This document shows positions 27,202-36,554 of a DNA stretch of 64,000 nucleotides, piece after piece (the first letter of the stretch is position 1; each line of letters begins with the position of its first letter). The translations under genes were made by a program, and so were the position numbers. The notes below the pieces were generated by a model. That model made no database searches. It saw only the letters and a program-made list of their open reading frames with translations, and was not told the origin of the DNA. The DNA comes from Kofleriaceae bacterium (GTDB lineage: Bacteria > Myxococcota_A > Polyangia > Haliangiales > Haliangiaceae), in assembly GCA_965215005.1 (NCBI GenBank), contig CBDCCZ010000018.1:224001-288000 (forward strand). The letters run 5' to 3'.

Positions 27202-27600
27202 TTGAAACAGCGCACGGTATTCGTACTGGACGGCCTCGGCGCGTCTGTCAGCGCCATCCTTTTAGGTCTGGTGCTGCCCCGTCTTCAGCATTGGATCGGG
27301 CTTCCCACCGTCCTGTTGTACGTTCTTGCGGAGAGTGCAGCGGTGCTGGCCCTCTATTCGTTGAGCTGCGCCCGTTTCGCCAATGCGTCAGACGAACGCT
27401 GGCTGCGGGCGCTCGTTGTCGCCAACCTTCTCTACTGTGCCGCCACGGCCGGGCTCGTGCTCTGGTTCTGGAAGGCAATGCATCCCCTCGGCTTCGCGTA
27501 TTTTGCTGGCGAGATCTTCATCATCCTTGGGCTCGTTCAACTCGAGCGACGAGTCTTGGCAAGGCGAAGGGAACGTCGGCGCGCTCGACTGGCGCTATGA
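27202..27600 (+). CDS. Small membrane protein (about 4 TM)
   Basis: Four hydrophobic segments; TTG start. Confidence 0.7.
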   Translation: MKQRTVFVLDGLGASVSAILLGLVLPRLQHWIGLPTVLLYVLAESAAVLALYSLSCARFANASDERWLRALVVANLLYCAATAGLVLWFWKAMHPLGFAYFAGEIFIILGLVQLERRVLARRRERRRARLAL

Positions 27601-27639
27601 GCTAGCTGACTTGGGCGGCGAGGACGCAGGAGTGCTAGC

Positions 27640-28971
27640 GTGCTGCCGATGCGTCTCGTCGTCATCGTCGCGATCGGTTTGGCGATATCTGTTCCGGCCC
27701 TGGCCGACCCACTATTGGACGCGCTTGGTGCGGAGGAGCCGGCGGAGGAGGCGGTGGAGGAGGCGATCCCGCTCGATCCGCCCAGTGATGTGGCTATCGC
27801 GACTCGCCTGCAGGCAATTTATGCCGAAATAGAAGACTTGGCGGATATCGAGGCCGTGGTCAGATCCGGGGTCGTGCACCTAACAGGCTCCGCGCCTACG
27901 GCTGCTGCCAGTGAGCGCGCCACCGCTATCGCCGATGCGTTGCCTGGGGTGGTGTACGTCGACAATGGCATCGACGATGCCCCGCCTGCGAGTGCGCGGG
28001 TCGCGCCGCTGCTAGATCGCGCCGAGGCTCGCGCTCGCGAGCTCCTGGCGCATCTGCCGATCCTTGGGCTGGCCATCTTGGCGGCGCTGCCATTCTTCGT
28101 CTTGGCGGCGGTGCTGCGGCGCTGGGAAGCACCGTTCAAGCTGTTCGTGCGACGCCAGTTGATCCGCAGCATCGTGCAGCGCATCGTCGCCAACGTCGTC
28201 ATCATCGGCGGCATCTTGGTGGCGCTCGACGTGTTAGAAGCGACCGCCATCGTCGGTGCGGTGCTCGGCGCCGCCGGGTTGGCCGGCATCGCGATCGGCT
28301 TTGCGTTTCAGGACATCGCCGAGAACTACCTCGCCAGTATTCTTCTCAGCGTACGGCGGCCCTTCGCCGCCGGCGATTCGGTGAAGATCGGCGAGCAGGA
28401 AGGCGTGGTCGTCGGCCTCAACACCCGCGAGACGCTCCTGATGACCTACGAAGGAAATCACCTGAGCCTGCCGAACGCGACCGTCTTCAAGAGCGAGATC
28501 TTGAACTACACCCGCAACCCCCGCCGCCAGTTCAACTTCTTAGTGGGCATCGGCACCGAGGTCGACTTGACGGCGGCGCAGTCACTCGGCGTTTCTACCC
28601 TGCGGCAGACGCCGGGCGTGGTCGTCGATCCGCCGCCGTTCTCGCGCGTCGAGGAGCTTGCCGACTTCACGGTCAACGTGCGGTTTCATGGCTGGGTAGA
28701 CCAGACGAAGACCGACTGGAACAAAGCCCGCAGCGAAGCGATCCGGCGCGTCAAAGTTGCGTTCGACGATGCCGGTGTCGATATGCCAGTGCCCACTTAC
28801 AACGTGCTCACGCGTGCTGCCGAGCCACCGAAGCCTTCTCCCGTGGCCACGGGAGGTCAGCTCGATGCCGCCGCTCACGACGTCGCCGCCGACGATAATC
28901 TCGCCCGCCAAATCGACGAAGAACGCGCCCACCAGACCGATGATCTGCTGCGAGAGCCGGGCGCTAACTGA
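27640..28971 (+). CDS. BON-domain small-conductance mechanosensitive channel (MscS family)
   Basis: Signal peptide, BON (VRSGVVHLTG...LPGVVYVDN), GIAIGFAFQDIAENYLAS, PFAAGDSV, LPNATV. Confidence 0.9.
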   Translation: MLPMRLVVIVAIGLAISVPALADPLLDALGAEEPAEEAVEEAIPLDPPSDVAIATRLQAIYAEIEDLADIEAVVRSGVVHLTGSAPTAAASERATAIADALPGVVYVDNGIDDAPPASARVAPLLDRAEARARELLAHLPILGLAILAALPFFVLAAVLRRWEAPFKLFVRRQLIRSIVQRIVANVVIIGGILVALDVLEATAIVGAVLGAAGLAGIAIGFAFQDIAENYLASILLSVRRPFAAGDSVKIGEQEGVVVGLNTRETLLMTYEGNHLSLPNATVFKSEILNYTRNPRRQFNFLVGIGTEVDLTAAQSLGVSTLRQTPGVVVDPPPFSRVEELADFTVNVRFHGWVDQTKTDWNKARSEAIRRVKVAFDDAGVDMPVPTYNVLTRAAEPPKPSPVATGGQLDAAAHDVAADDNLARQIDEERAHQTDDLLREPGAN

Positions 28972-29133
28972 GGCGCCCGGTGCGCAAGCCCGAGCAGCTC
29001 CGCTCGAAGGTGAGCGAGTGCAATGGGCCTAATGGAAAAGCCGCCTTGCTGCCCCGTGAAGGAGAGCAAGGCGGCGGGCGGAATGCGCGGCAAGCGCGAA
29101 GGCGAGCCGACCGCAGAAAAGCGATCGCAGGCG

Positions 29134-30984
29134 TTACTGCGGCGTCTGACCCGGATTAAGGGCGCCAAAGGTGGAGTCGCCCTGGGTCCAGTCGCTCGAG
29201 TCGTTCGCGTCGGTGTCGCTTAGCCGCTGCAGCGAGGGTCCCGTCGATTCGGCTGGCGCGGCATTGTTGTTGTAGACCGCGTGCGGGTGGAAATCGCCAT
29301 CCACGAAGCCCATCGCTGGGACTCCGCCGCCGACCATCTGCCACTGCGCCGCCGCCGCCACCACCGCTGCCTGTGCTTCGGTGCCTGCAGCGGTATTGGG
29401 CTCGTACATCGGATCATCGACCGCTTGATCGGTCACGAAAACGGCGTCGAGAATCGCGCCAGCAGCGTCATAGAGGGTAAACACGTTGTTGGTGCGGGTG
29501 AGGCCGCTATCTGCCGACCACCAGTCGAACGCGGTGTCGTAGTTGCCAGCGTACTCCGCAGCCGGCTGGGCAGCGATGCCGTCGCGCTCGTCGACGACGC
29601 TAGCTGGGGCACACCTAGCGGTATCGAGGTGAACGACGATGAGGTCATTGGTAGCGACCTCGAAGTCGCTGAAGGTGATGAGCGTTTCGCGATCGCGTTC
29701 CTGCAGCACGACGCCGTTCATCGTGCCTCCGCTGAGCACGCGGAGCTCGATGAGGTCGCATTGGCCATTGTTCTCGCCAACGATGTTGGACTTCACCTCG
29801 TTGATGCGCACAGCGGCCACCGCGGTGTAGCCCGCAAAGGTAGCGGTGTTGGCGTCAGCTGCCACGGGCTCGCCATCGCGATCGGTCACGGTGTCGGCCA
29901 CGGTAACGGTGTAGTCGGCGGCGGTTTGCGCGGCGGTCGTGAGAACCACGGTGGTGTCATCGGCGGGGTCGAGCGCGGCGCCGGTGACGGCGAGCGCGGT
30001 GCCGCTGCTATCGATGATGCTGAAGCCAGCGGCTACGACCGAGTCAGTCGCAAGTGGCCGGCTGAAGGAGAGCCGCACCTCGGTGGCGGAGGCGGCAACC
30101 GCCGTGTTCAAGCGCGGCGAAGCGCATTGAGTGATCGTCACGTCCTCGGCGACGAACGCGGCGAGCTGCAGTCGGTCGCGGAATCGACCGACGGGCGTTG
30201 CTCGAAGTGAAAACATGCAGCCTTCGGTGAGACCGAGCTCGTCATCGAGCTCCTCGGGTACACGCAGCAAGAAATTTGCCTCACCCGTGATACCCGGGGT
30301 TTCGATCGTAGCGGCCTGAAATCCACTACCGGCGAAATCGAAGGCCGAGGTAACGGTGCCGCTCATCGTGATCAGCTCGCTCTCGTAGTCGTCGATGTTA
30401 GTCACCAGGTCGGTGGCGCTGGAGAGATCCTGCACGAGCGGCATGAGGTCGTTTGCTTCGCTGCTGCGAGCCCAGTCGGTGAGCGCCGTGGCTTGCCGCA
30501 ACCCATTGACGGTGCCCATCGAGGTAATCGTGAAGCTGACGGCATCGCCCACCGCGGGAGCTGGTGTCAACGTGGTCGGATCAATGGCGACGAAGAGCGC
30601 CGGCCCGGTTGCATCGACCTGCACGGTGAACCCGGCGACGTCACTGCCGATGCTCGGCTTTAAATAGGTTACGAAGGCGTTGACGATGGCGATAGAGAGG
30701 CCTTCGCCGTCGGCGGCCGCACGCGCAGCAGCGATGCCTTCTGCGCCGGGGTCCGTGGGATCGGTCGGGTCCGTGGGATCGGTCGGGTCCGTGGGATCGG
30801 TCGGGTCCGTGGGATCGGTCGGGTCCGTGGGATCGGTCGGGTCCGTGGGATCGGTGGGATCCGTTGGGTCCGTGGGCATCGCGTCGGGCATGTCATTGCC
30901 GGACGAGCCTTCGTCGTCGCCACAAGCGGCAGCCATCATCGCTGCCACAAACAAGAGCAGTCCAAACCATTTCAAGCGGAGCAT
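29134..30984 (-). CDS. Acidic surface lipoprotein with PTD repeat linker, Ig-like and lamin-tail-like domains
   Basis: Lipobox AAAC-GDD, (PTD)n, VRLSFSRPL...YTVTV (Ig-like), VRINEV...DLIELR...TFGALN (LTD-like). Confidence 0.8.
   Translation of the reverse strand: MLRLKWFGLLLFVAAMMAAACGDDEGSSGNDMPDAMPTDPTDPTDPTDPTDPTDPTDPTDPTDPTDPTDPTDPTDPTDPGAEGIAAARAAADGEGLSIAIVNAFVTYLKPSIGSDVAGFTVQVDATGPALFVAIDPTTLTPAPAVGDAVSFTITSMGTVNGLRQATALTDWARSSEANDLMPLVQDLSSATDLVTNIDDYESELITMSGTVTSAFDFAGSGFQAATIETPGITGEANFLLRVPEELDDELGLTEGCMFSLRATPVGRFRDRLQLAAFVAEDVTITQCASPRLNTAVAASATEVRLSFSRPLATDSVVAAGFSIIDSSGTALAVTGAALDPADDTTVVLTTAAQTAADYTVTVADTVTDRDGEPVAADANTATFAGYTAVAAVRINEVKSNIVGENNGQCDLIELRVLSGGTMNGVVLQERDRETLITFSDFEVATNDLIVVHLDTARCAPASVVDERDGIAAQPAAEYAGNYDTAFDWWSADSGLTRTNNVFTLYDAAGAILDAVFVTDQAVDDPMYEPNTAAGTEAQAAVVAAAAQWQMVGGGVPAMGFVDGDFHPHAVYNNNAAPAESTGPSLQRLSDTDANDSSDWTQGDSTFGALNPGQTPQ
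30749..30875. repeat. Coding tandem repeat, 18-bp unit GGGTCCGTGGGATCGGTC (about 14 x 9 bp), encoding (PTD)14
   Basis: Directly visible: five perfect 18-mers followed by degenerate copies. Confidence 0.95.
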
Positions 30985-31240
30985 GCGCGCCTTATACACC
31001 ACTTCTGGGGCGATACCGTCTCGTCACTTCACTCGCTCGTTGCAAACGAACATAAGCGGAATTCCTTGGCATTTGCCGAACCAGCGACCAAAGCTCGGCG
31101 GCCGATGAGTCCTCCCATAACCTCCTGCGACCGAGTGAGCTGCCGATCTCTACGAACGGCATTCTTTTGTTGCAGCAGGTAGTCGATGGTCCTACTCCAG
31201 CGTTTGTAAGCAACACTTTGATTTGCAAGGAGTAACTGGA

Positions 31241-32299
31241 ATGAACTGCAACAAACGTTCAAACGCGATGAAGACTCTTTTGATGGTTGGGACCATAGGC
31301 ACGCTCGTCGGATGCGTCGATGCCGGCCCGCAAGCGCCTGCCGCGACCCAGAGCGCCGTCACTAGCGATGGCTTGGCGATGGTCAGCGGCGACTTCGACG
31401 GCGATGGCTCGCTCGACGCCGCGGTCGCCGCGATTGATTCGGACACTGGCGCTGGAGCGCTATCAATACTTGCCGGCGCGGGCAACGGCTACCGTCAACC
31501 GCGCGCTTTAACGGTTCCAGAAGCGGCACTAGCGTGCGACCAGCTGGCGCTCATCATCACCAATGGCAACACCGCGCGAGCCAACCTGAACCTCGTCTCG
31601 CCGTGCACTGGCGAGCATTGGCTGTATCGCGGCAGCGCCGATGGCCTCATGACCGATCCCCAGGCCGGAACGGAAGGCCCCGCGCTGCTCGCGGAGCTGG
31701 CCGCCCCCGAGGGCGTTGCAACGCTCGAGCAAAGCGTCCGTCAGCCGCCCGCAATCGATTGGGACGACATGACTGCGCTACAGCGGCACGTTGCGTTCTT
31801 CGATTACGACGGCGACGGCTACGTGACATTAGGCGAGGACTATCGCGGTCTCCGCGCTCTCGGGCTCGACCCCGTCAGCTCAGCAGCCTTTGCAACCATC
31901 ATCAACGGTGCGCTCGGAACCTCGACCATCGGCTACCCATCGCTCACGATCAGCATCTACGGCATCGCGGGGGCAGTGCACGGCAGCGACACCGGCATTT
32001 ACGACAGCCAAGGCCGTTTCAATGAGGAGCAGTTCGATCGACTGTTCGCCGATTGGGACAAGAACGGCGATGGCGGCTTGAACGCACTGGAGCTGGCCCG
32101 GCGAACCGTGGTGGAAGCGGATCTTTGGGATGTCTTCGGAGTCGTTGCCTCGACTGGCGAGTTTGGCCTGCTGTTCGCCGTCGCCGCGGAAGATGGCAAG
32201 CTCAGCCGCGACCGTATGCGCGCGTTCTACGACGGAACGCTGTTCTATACCTTGGCGGAAGAGCGCGAAGGGCAGCCCTGGTGGGGATGGTGGTGGTAG
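31241..32299 (+). CDS. Lipoprotein with FG-GAP-like segment and caleosin/peroxygenase domain
   Basis: AAGGAG RBS; lipobox LVGC; GDFDGDGSLD; LQRHVAFFDYDGDG, HGSDTGIYDSQGRF, EFGLL, FYDGTLF are hallmark caleosin blocks. Confidence 0.85.
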   Translation: MNCNKRSNAMKTLLMVGTIGTLVGCVDAGPQAPAATQSAVTSDGLAMVSGDFDGDGSLDAAVAAIDSDTGAGALSILAGAGNGYRQPRALTVPEAALACDQLALIITNGNTARANLNLVSPCTGEHWLYRGSADGLMTDPQAGTEGPALLAELAAPEGVATLEQSVRQPPAIDWDDMTALQRHVAFFDYDGDGYVTLGEDYRGLRALGLDPVSSAAFATIINGALGTSTIGYPSLTISIYGIAGAVHGSDTGIYDSQGRFNEEQFDRLFADWDKNGDGGLNALELARRTVVEADLWDVFGVVASTGEFGLLFAVAAEDGKLSRDRMRAFYDGTLFYTLAEEREGQPWWGWWW

Positions 32300-32314
32300 T
32301 CCAGTAGCAGCGGC

Positions 32315-33337
32315 TCACGGCTCGCTCGAGCTTGGATGCACTTGCCGTTTGAAGACTGCATACAAGTAGATGAAGGCGGGAATGACCGCAACGGCGCCGA
32401 TGCCGAGGATGACCAGCGAGTTGGCCAATGCCTCCGGCGGCGCCGCGCTATCGTAGATTGTTAGATGGGGCGCAAGCACGTAAGGATACTGCGCCAGGCC
32501 CCAACCGAGAAGAATGAGAACCGTTTGCGCGACCGCGAGGGCGCGCGCCCAGCGGTATCTCCGCTTCCACAGCGTCAGCAGCGCTGCCACCGCTACCGCG
32601 GCGGTGATGCTGTGGAAGCCGACCGCCCAGCCACTACTCGTCAAGCTCTCGAAGAGCCGCGGCGCATCGCGAAACGCAAGCGCCGCGCTCGCTGCCGCGC
32701 ACCCACCCACCGCGACGGCCGCCCCAATCGCGCGACGACGAAAATCATCGACGAGCGCGGCGGTGTCGGCCTCCACCGTCATGTAGACCGCCGACAAATA
32801 ACCGCACAACGCCAGCGTGAACGCCCCAATCGCGAAGGGAAATGGCGCCAGCCAGGGCGCGACGAACAGCGCGTAACCGTCGAGCCGATCGTGCATCAGC
32901 GGAATGGCGCCGCGAGCGACCGCTCCGGCCACGACGCCGAGCATCAGCGGCGTGACCACGCTGCTGATCGCGAAAACGTGGCTGGCGCGCCGCTGCAGCC
33001 CTTTGGCGCCGGCCGCATAGGAGCGGAATGCATAGGCAGAGCCGCGCAAGACGATGCCAACGAGCATCGCGGCGATGGGAATGTGCAATGCCGTCATCAC
33101 CACCGCGAACGGCTGCGGAAAACACACGAACAGCATCACCACCACCACGATGAGCCACACGTGGTTGGCTTCCCAAATTGGCGCCACTGCGTGGTCCAGA
33201 GCGCGTCGCTGCTCGCCGACCCGCGGCCCCCACGCCAGAAGCTGCCAGATGCCGCCGCCAAAATCGGCGCCACCCGCCAACAGGTAGAGGATCATGCTGA
33301 GGAGGATGACGCCGGCGCACGCCAACTCAAGCGACAT
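32315..33337 (-). CDS. cydB: Cytochrome bd quinol oxidase subunit II
   Basis: GGADFGGG, PIWEANHVWLI, LRGSAYAFR, multiple TM helices. Confidence 0.92.
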   Translation of the reverse strand: MSLELACAGVILLSMILYLLAGGADFGGGIWQLLAWGPRVGEQRRALDHAVAPIWEANHVWLIVVVVMLFVCFPQPFAVVMTALHIPIAAMLVGIVLRGSAYAFRSYAAGAKGLQRRASHVFAISSVVTPLMLGVVAGAVARGAIPLMHDRLDGYALFVAPWLAPFPFAIGAFTLALCGYLSAVYMTVEADTAALVDDFRRRAIGAAVAVGGCAAASAALAFRDAPRLFESLTSSGWAVGFHSITAAVAVAALLTLWKRRYRWARALAVAQTVLILLGWGLAQYPYVLAPHLTIYDSAAPPEALANSLVILGIGAVAVIPAFIYLYAVFKRQVHPSSSEP

Positions 33338-34655
33338 CGCTCGATGCTCCTGTCACCGCGGTGGGCGCCTGAAACACGTGACGTCGGAGCAGGAACACGA
33401 CGATGACTGCCAAGACGAGGTAGAGAAGCGTGAAGACCGTCAGCGGTACCACTAGAGCCGGCATCGACGTCACTGCGTCCGACGTGCGCATGACTCGATA
33501 GATGATCCACGGTTGTCGACCGACTTCAGTGACCACCCAGCCGGCTTGGATCCCGAGAAATCCCAGCGGGCTGCTCAGCACGAGGAGCCACAAGAACCAG
33601 CGCTGATCCGGCACGCCACGTCGCCGCCTCGCCAAGACTGCCGCGATCACCGAGAGCATGACCAACACCCCGCCAATCGCAATCATGAGCTGAAACGCGA
33701 CGTGGACGATCGCCACCGGTGGCCACTCGTCGCGCGGAAATTCCTTCAAGCCGGCGATTTCCGCTCCGATGTCACCGGTCGCGAGGAAGCTGAGCAGGCC
33801 GGGCAGCTCGAGCGCCCAAGGCGTCTGCATTGCGCCCTCATCGGGCCATCCGCCGATTCGCAGCGGTGCTGAAACCTCGGTGTCGAATTGCCCCTCCATC
33901 GCCGCCAGCTTCACTGGCTGATACCGCGCCACGTCTTTGGCCAGGACATCACCACTCAGCGGCATGAGCAACGCTGCGCTGCCACCCACCCACAGTGCAA
34001 TTGCTAGCGCGGCGCGGTCGAGCTCACTACGCGGCGCGCGCAGGAGCCGGAGCGCGTGAATACCTGCCGCGGCAAACCCGATGGCCACGAACGCAGCAAT
34101 GGTCATGTGCAGCGCCTGGCTCGCCCACATCACGTTGAACATGGCTGCAACCGGATCGATGCTGGCGAAGCCGCCCTCGGCGGTGAGCTCAAAGCCGCTC
34201 GGGGCGTTCATCCACGAATTGGCGGCGATGACGAGAACCCCGGAAGCGGTGCCGGAAATCAGCACCAACACGCCTGCCAAGAGGTGCACCCGACCAGATA
34301 CTCGATCCCAGCCGTAGAGATAGATGCCGAGGAAAATGGCTTCGAGGAAGAATGCCAGTCCCTCCAGTGAAAACGGCATTCCTATCACGGGGCCCGCATG
34401 CTCCATGAACGTCGGCCAAAGCAGCCCGAGCTCGAACGACAGCACCGTTCCCGACACCGCCCCCACCGCGAACAGAATCGCGGTGCCGCGGGCCCAGCGC
34501 CTCGCCAGCTCCAAGTGCACGCGGCTGCCGCGGCGTAGCCACCGTGCTTCCGCCAGCACCATGAGCAGCGGCATCGCGATGCCAGCCGCGGCAAAAACGA
34601 TGTGGAACCCCAGCGAGATCGCCATCTGAGATCGAGCTGCGAACAGATCCGACAT
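33327..34655 (-). CDS. cydA: Cytochrome bd quinol oxidase subunit I (short Q-loop type)
   Basis: GFHIVF, GAVSGTVLSFE, AFFLEA, QPVKLAAMEG, GWVVTEVGRQPW. Confidence 0.95.
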   Translation of the reverse strand: MSDLFAARSQMAISLGFHIVFAAAGIAMPLLMVLAEARWLRRGSRVHLELARRWARGTAILFAVGAVSGTVLSFELGLLWPTFMEHAGPVIGMPFSLEGLAFFLEAIFLGIYLYGWDRVSGRVHLLAGVLVLISGTASGVLVIAANSWMNAPSGFELTAEGGFASIDPVAAMFNVMWASQALHMTIAAFVAIGFAAAGIHALRLLRAPRSELDRAALAIALWVGGSAALLMPLSGDVLAKDVARYQPVKLAAMEGQFDTEVSAPLRIGGWPDEGAMQTPWALELPGLLSFLATGDIGAEIAGLKEFPRDEWPPVAIVHVAFQLMIAIGGVLVMLSVIAAVLARRRRGVPDQRWFLWLLVLSSPLGFLGIQAGWVVTEVGRQPWIIYRVMRTSDAVTSMPALVVPLTVFTLLYLVLAVIVVFLLRRHVFQAPTAVTGASSDVA

Positions 34656-34794
34656 GTGCGTCAACCGTACCTCAGATGCGCCTACTCAGCGTTCGACGCA
34701 TGCAATTCGCTCAGCCAACGCCTTGCCACAGCGGCAGCCGACAATCGTTCTACAGCTTTCCCGAAGTTGGCCGAGTCTCAGATCCACGGAAATC

Positions 34795-36480
34795 ATGGGA
34801 GCACCAGCAACGCAACTTGCGCCCTCGGACATCGACGGCATCATCACAGAGCGCATCGCCAGCGAGCGCATCAACGTCCCCGCCTTTCCCGAGGCGGTAG
34901 CGCGCCTCCACACGCTCGTGGGTAGCGACCGCTACACCAATGCGGAAGTCGCCAAGATCATAGGAACCGACCAAAGCCTCACCGCTTCGGTTCTGCGCTA
35001 CGCCAATAGCGCCAGTGTGCGTGGCGGTCGCGAGGTGGCCAGCATTCAAGACGCGGTCGCCCGACTCGGCGCCCGCGAGGTGCTCTCGCTGTGCATCGCC
35101 GTTGGTGTAGGCAGTAAGTTTGCCGCCGACGGTCCACTCGCCGAGATTCGCTATGAGATCTGGCGACGTTCGACGTTCAGTGCCGAGTTCTCTCGACGCG
35201 TGGCGCCAAAGCTCGGGGTAGAGCCCGATACCGCGTTTCTGTGCGGCCTGCTGGCGGACTTCGGAAAAGCCATCGCCATTGCATGCGTCGAGGAAAATGT
35301 TGCGGCCGAGTCCACCGAGGCGCAACCCGCTGAGTTCTGGTGGGCCGTCGCCGAGCGTCACGCACATCCGCTCGGCCAGCTCATGGCGAGTAAGTGGCGC
35401 CTTCCGGCCGCGGTCGCCGCCGTGGTCGGAGGCACGGCCAATAGCACGAGCGCTCCCGAGGTAGTGACGCTGGTGCGGCTCGCGCAGATGGCTCACGAGG
35501 TCGCGGAGCTGCTGGATCGCCGTGCGGGTGTAACTGCAGCAGAGCTCGCGGCGCTGCCGAGCATCGCCAACGCGCAGCTCGCCGCGCACATCGAAGCCAT
35601 CGTGCCGACGTTGCCGGAGCTGGTGGTCAACTTGACGCCGGTCATCGAGCCGAGCAAGCGCAAAGGCGGCAAGCTCTCGCTCGTAGAGCCGCCCGACACC
35701 ACCGTCAAAGGCAAGCGATTCGCCGCGCAGATGCCCGTGCACTACCTGCGCGCCGCCAGCGAGCAGCGCTTTACCTGCACCGTGGTCGCGCGCACCGGGA
35801 TGGTCTTCACCGGCGATGCGGCGCTCCCCATCAACATCGTCGCCAAGCTGCGAGTCGAGCACGCACCGAGCTTCGAGTGCTTTGCCCATATCACCCGCTG
35901 CGTCGGTAAAGGCGCCGTAGCCTTCGAGCTCGAGGCCAAGCCGATGGCGCTCGACGGCGCCCTGCGCGAGCGCTGGAACCAAATGGTCGAAGAGCACGTC
36001 CCCGCACAGGACGATACGCTGGGCGCGCCGGTGCGCGATGAATGGTCGGAAACGACCGGTGAGACGCGCCCGATCCGCCCGCGAGCTGCGCCGTTTCCCG
36101 CCATTGCGGCTCACGCGGCGCGAACCGTCACGCCCACACCTTCCGCCAACGACGCCGCGCGTGCCGCTGCCGAGCTGCATGCGGTGCGAGCGTCCCAACC
36201 CGCAGTCAACGATGAGCCACTCGATGAGCTGCTCGCCGCACCGCTCGAACGCGATGTTTCACTTGGCAGCCAGCCCGTCGTCATCAGCGACGGCGGTGCT
36301 GCCCAAGACGCCAAACCCTCGCCTGCCATGACCGCGAAGATTCCGCGAGGCGGCGAGCAAACCGCACAGCTCCGCGGATACGTGACTCTCAACGAGGGCA
36401 AGCGCAAGTCGCATCTAGTGATTGTGCTCGTGGCGATGGCGCTGCTCGCGATCGCGGCCGCAGGCGCTCTCGTCCTATAG
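34795..36480 (+). CDS. HDOD-domain signalling protein with C-terminal TM anchor
   Basis: PAFPEAV, DQSLTASVLRYANS, AVARLG, AFLCGLLADFGK, KWRLP. Confidence 0.82.
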   Translation: MGAPATQLAPSDIDGIITERIASERINVPAFPEAVARLHTLVGSDRYTNAEVAKIIGTDQSLTASVLRYANSASVRGGREVASIQDAVARLGAREVLSLCIAVGVGSKFAADGPLAEIRYEIWRRSTFSAEFSRRVAPKLGVEPDTAFLCGLLADFGKAIAIACVEENVAAESTEAQPAEFWWAVAERHAHPLGQLMASKWRLPAAVAAVVGGTANSTSAPEVVTLVRLAQMAHEVAELLDRRAGVTAAELAALPSIANAQLAAHIEAIVPTLPELVVNLTPVIEPSKRKGGKLSLVEPPDTTVKGKRFAAQMPVHYLRAASEQRFTCTVVARTGMVFTGDAALPINIVAKLRVEHAPSFECFAHITRCVGKGAVAFELEAKPMALDGALRERWNQMVEEHVPAQDDTLGAPVRDEWSETTGETRPIRPRAAPFPAIAAHAARTVTPTPSANDAARAAAELHAVRASQPAVNDEPLDELLAAPLERDVSLGSQPVVISDGGAAQDAKPSPAMTAKIPRGGEQTAQLRGYVTLNEGKRKSHLVIVLVAMALLAIAAAGALVL

Positions 36481-36554
36481 GCGCAGAGATTGACTAATTC
36501 GCCAACCGCAATGCGATCAATGCAGGGCCCCATGCGGGCTCAGCGAGGTGCCCG

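Noticed and set aside
30749..30875. Tandem repeat as a possible CRISPR array
   Set aside because: No unique spacers; in-frame coding repeat (PTD)n; no cas genes
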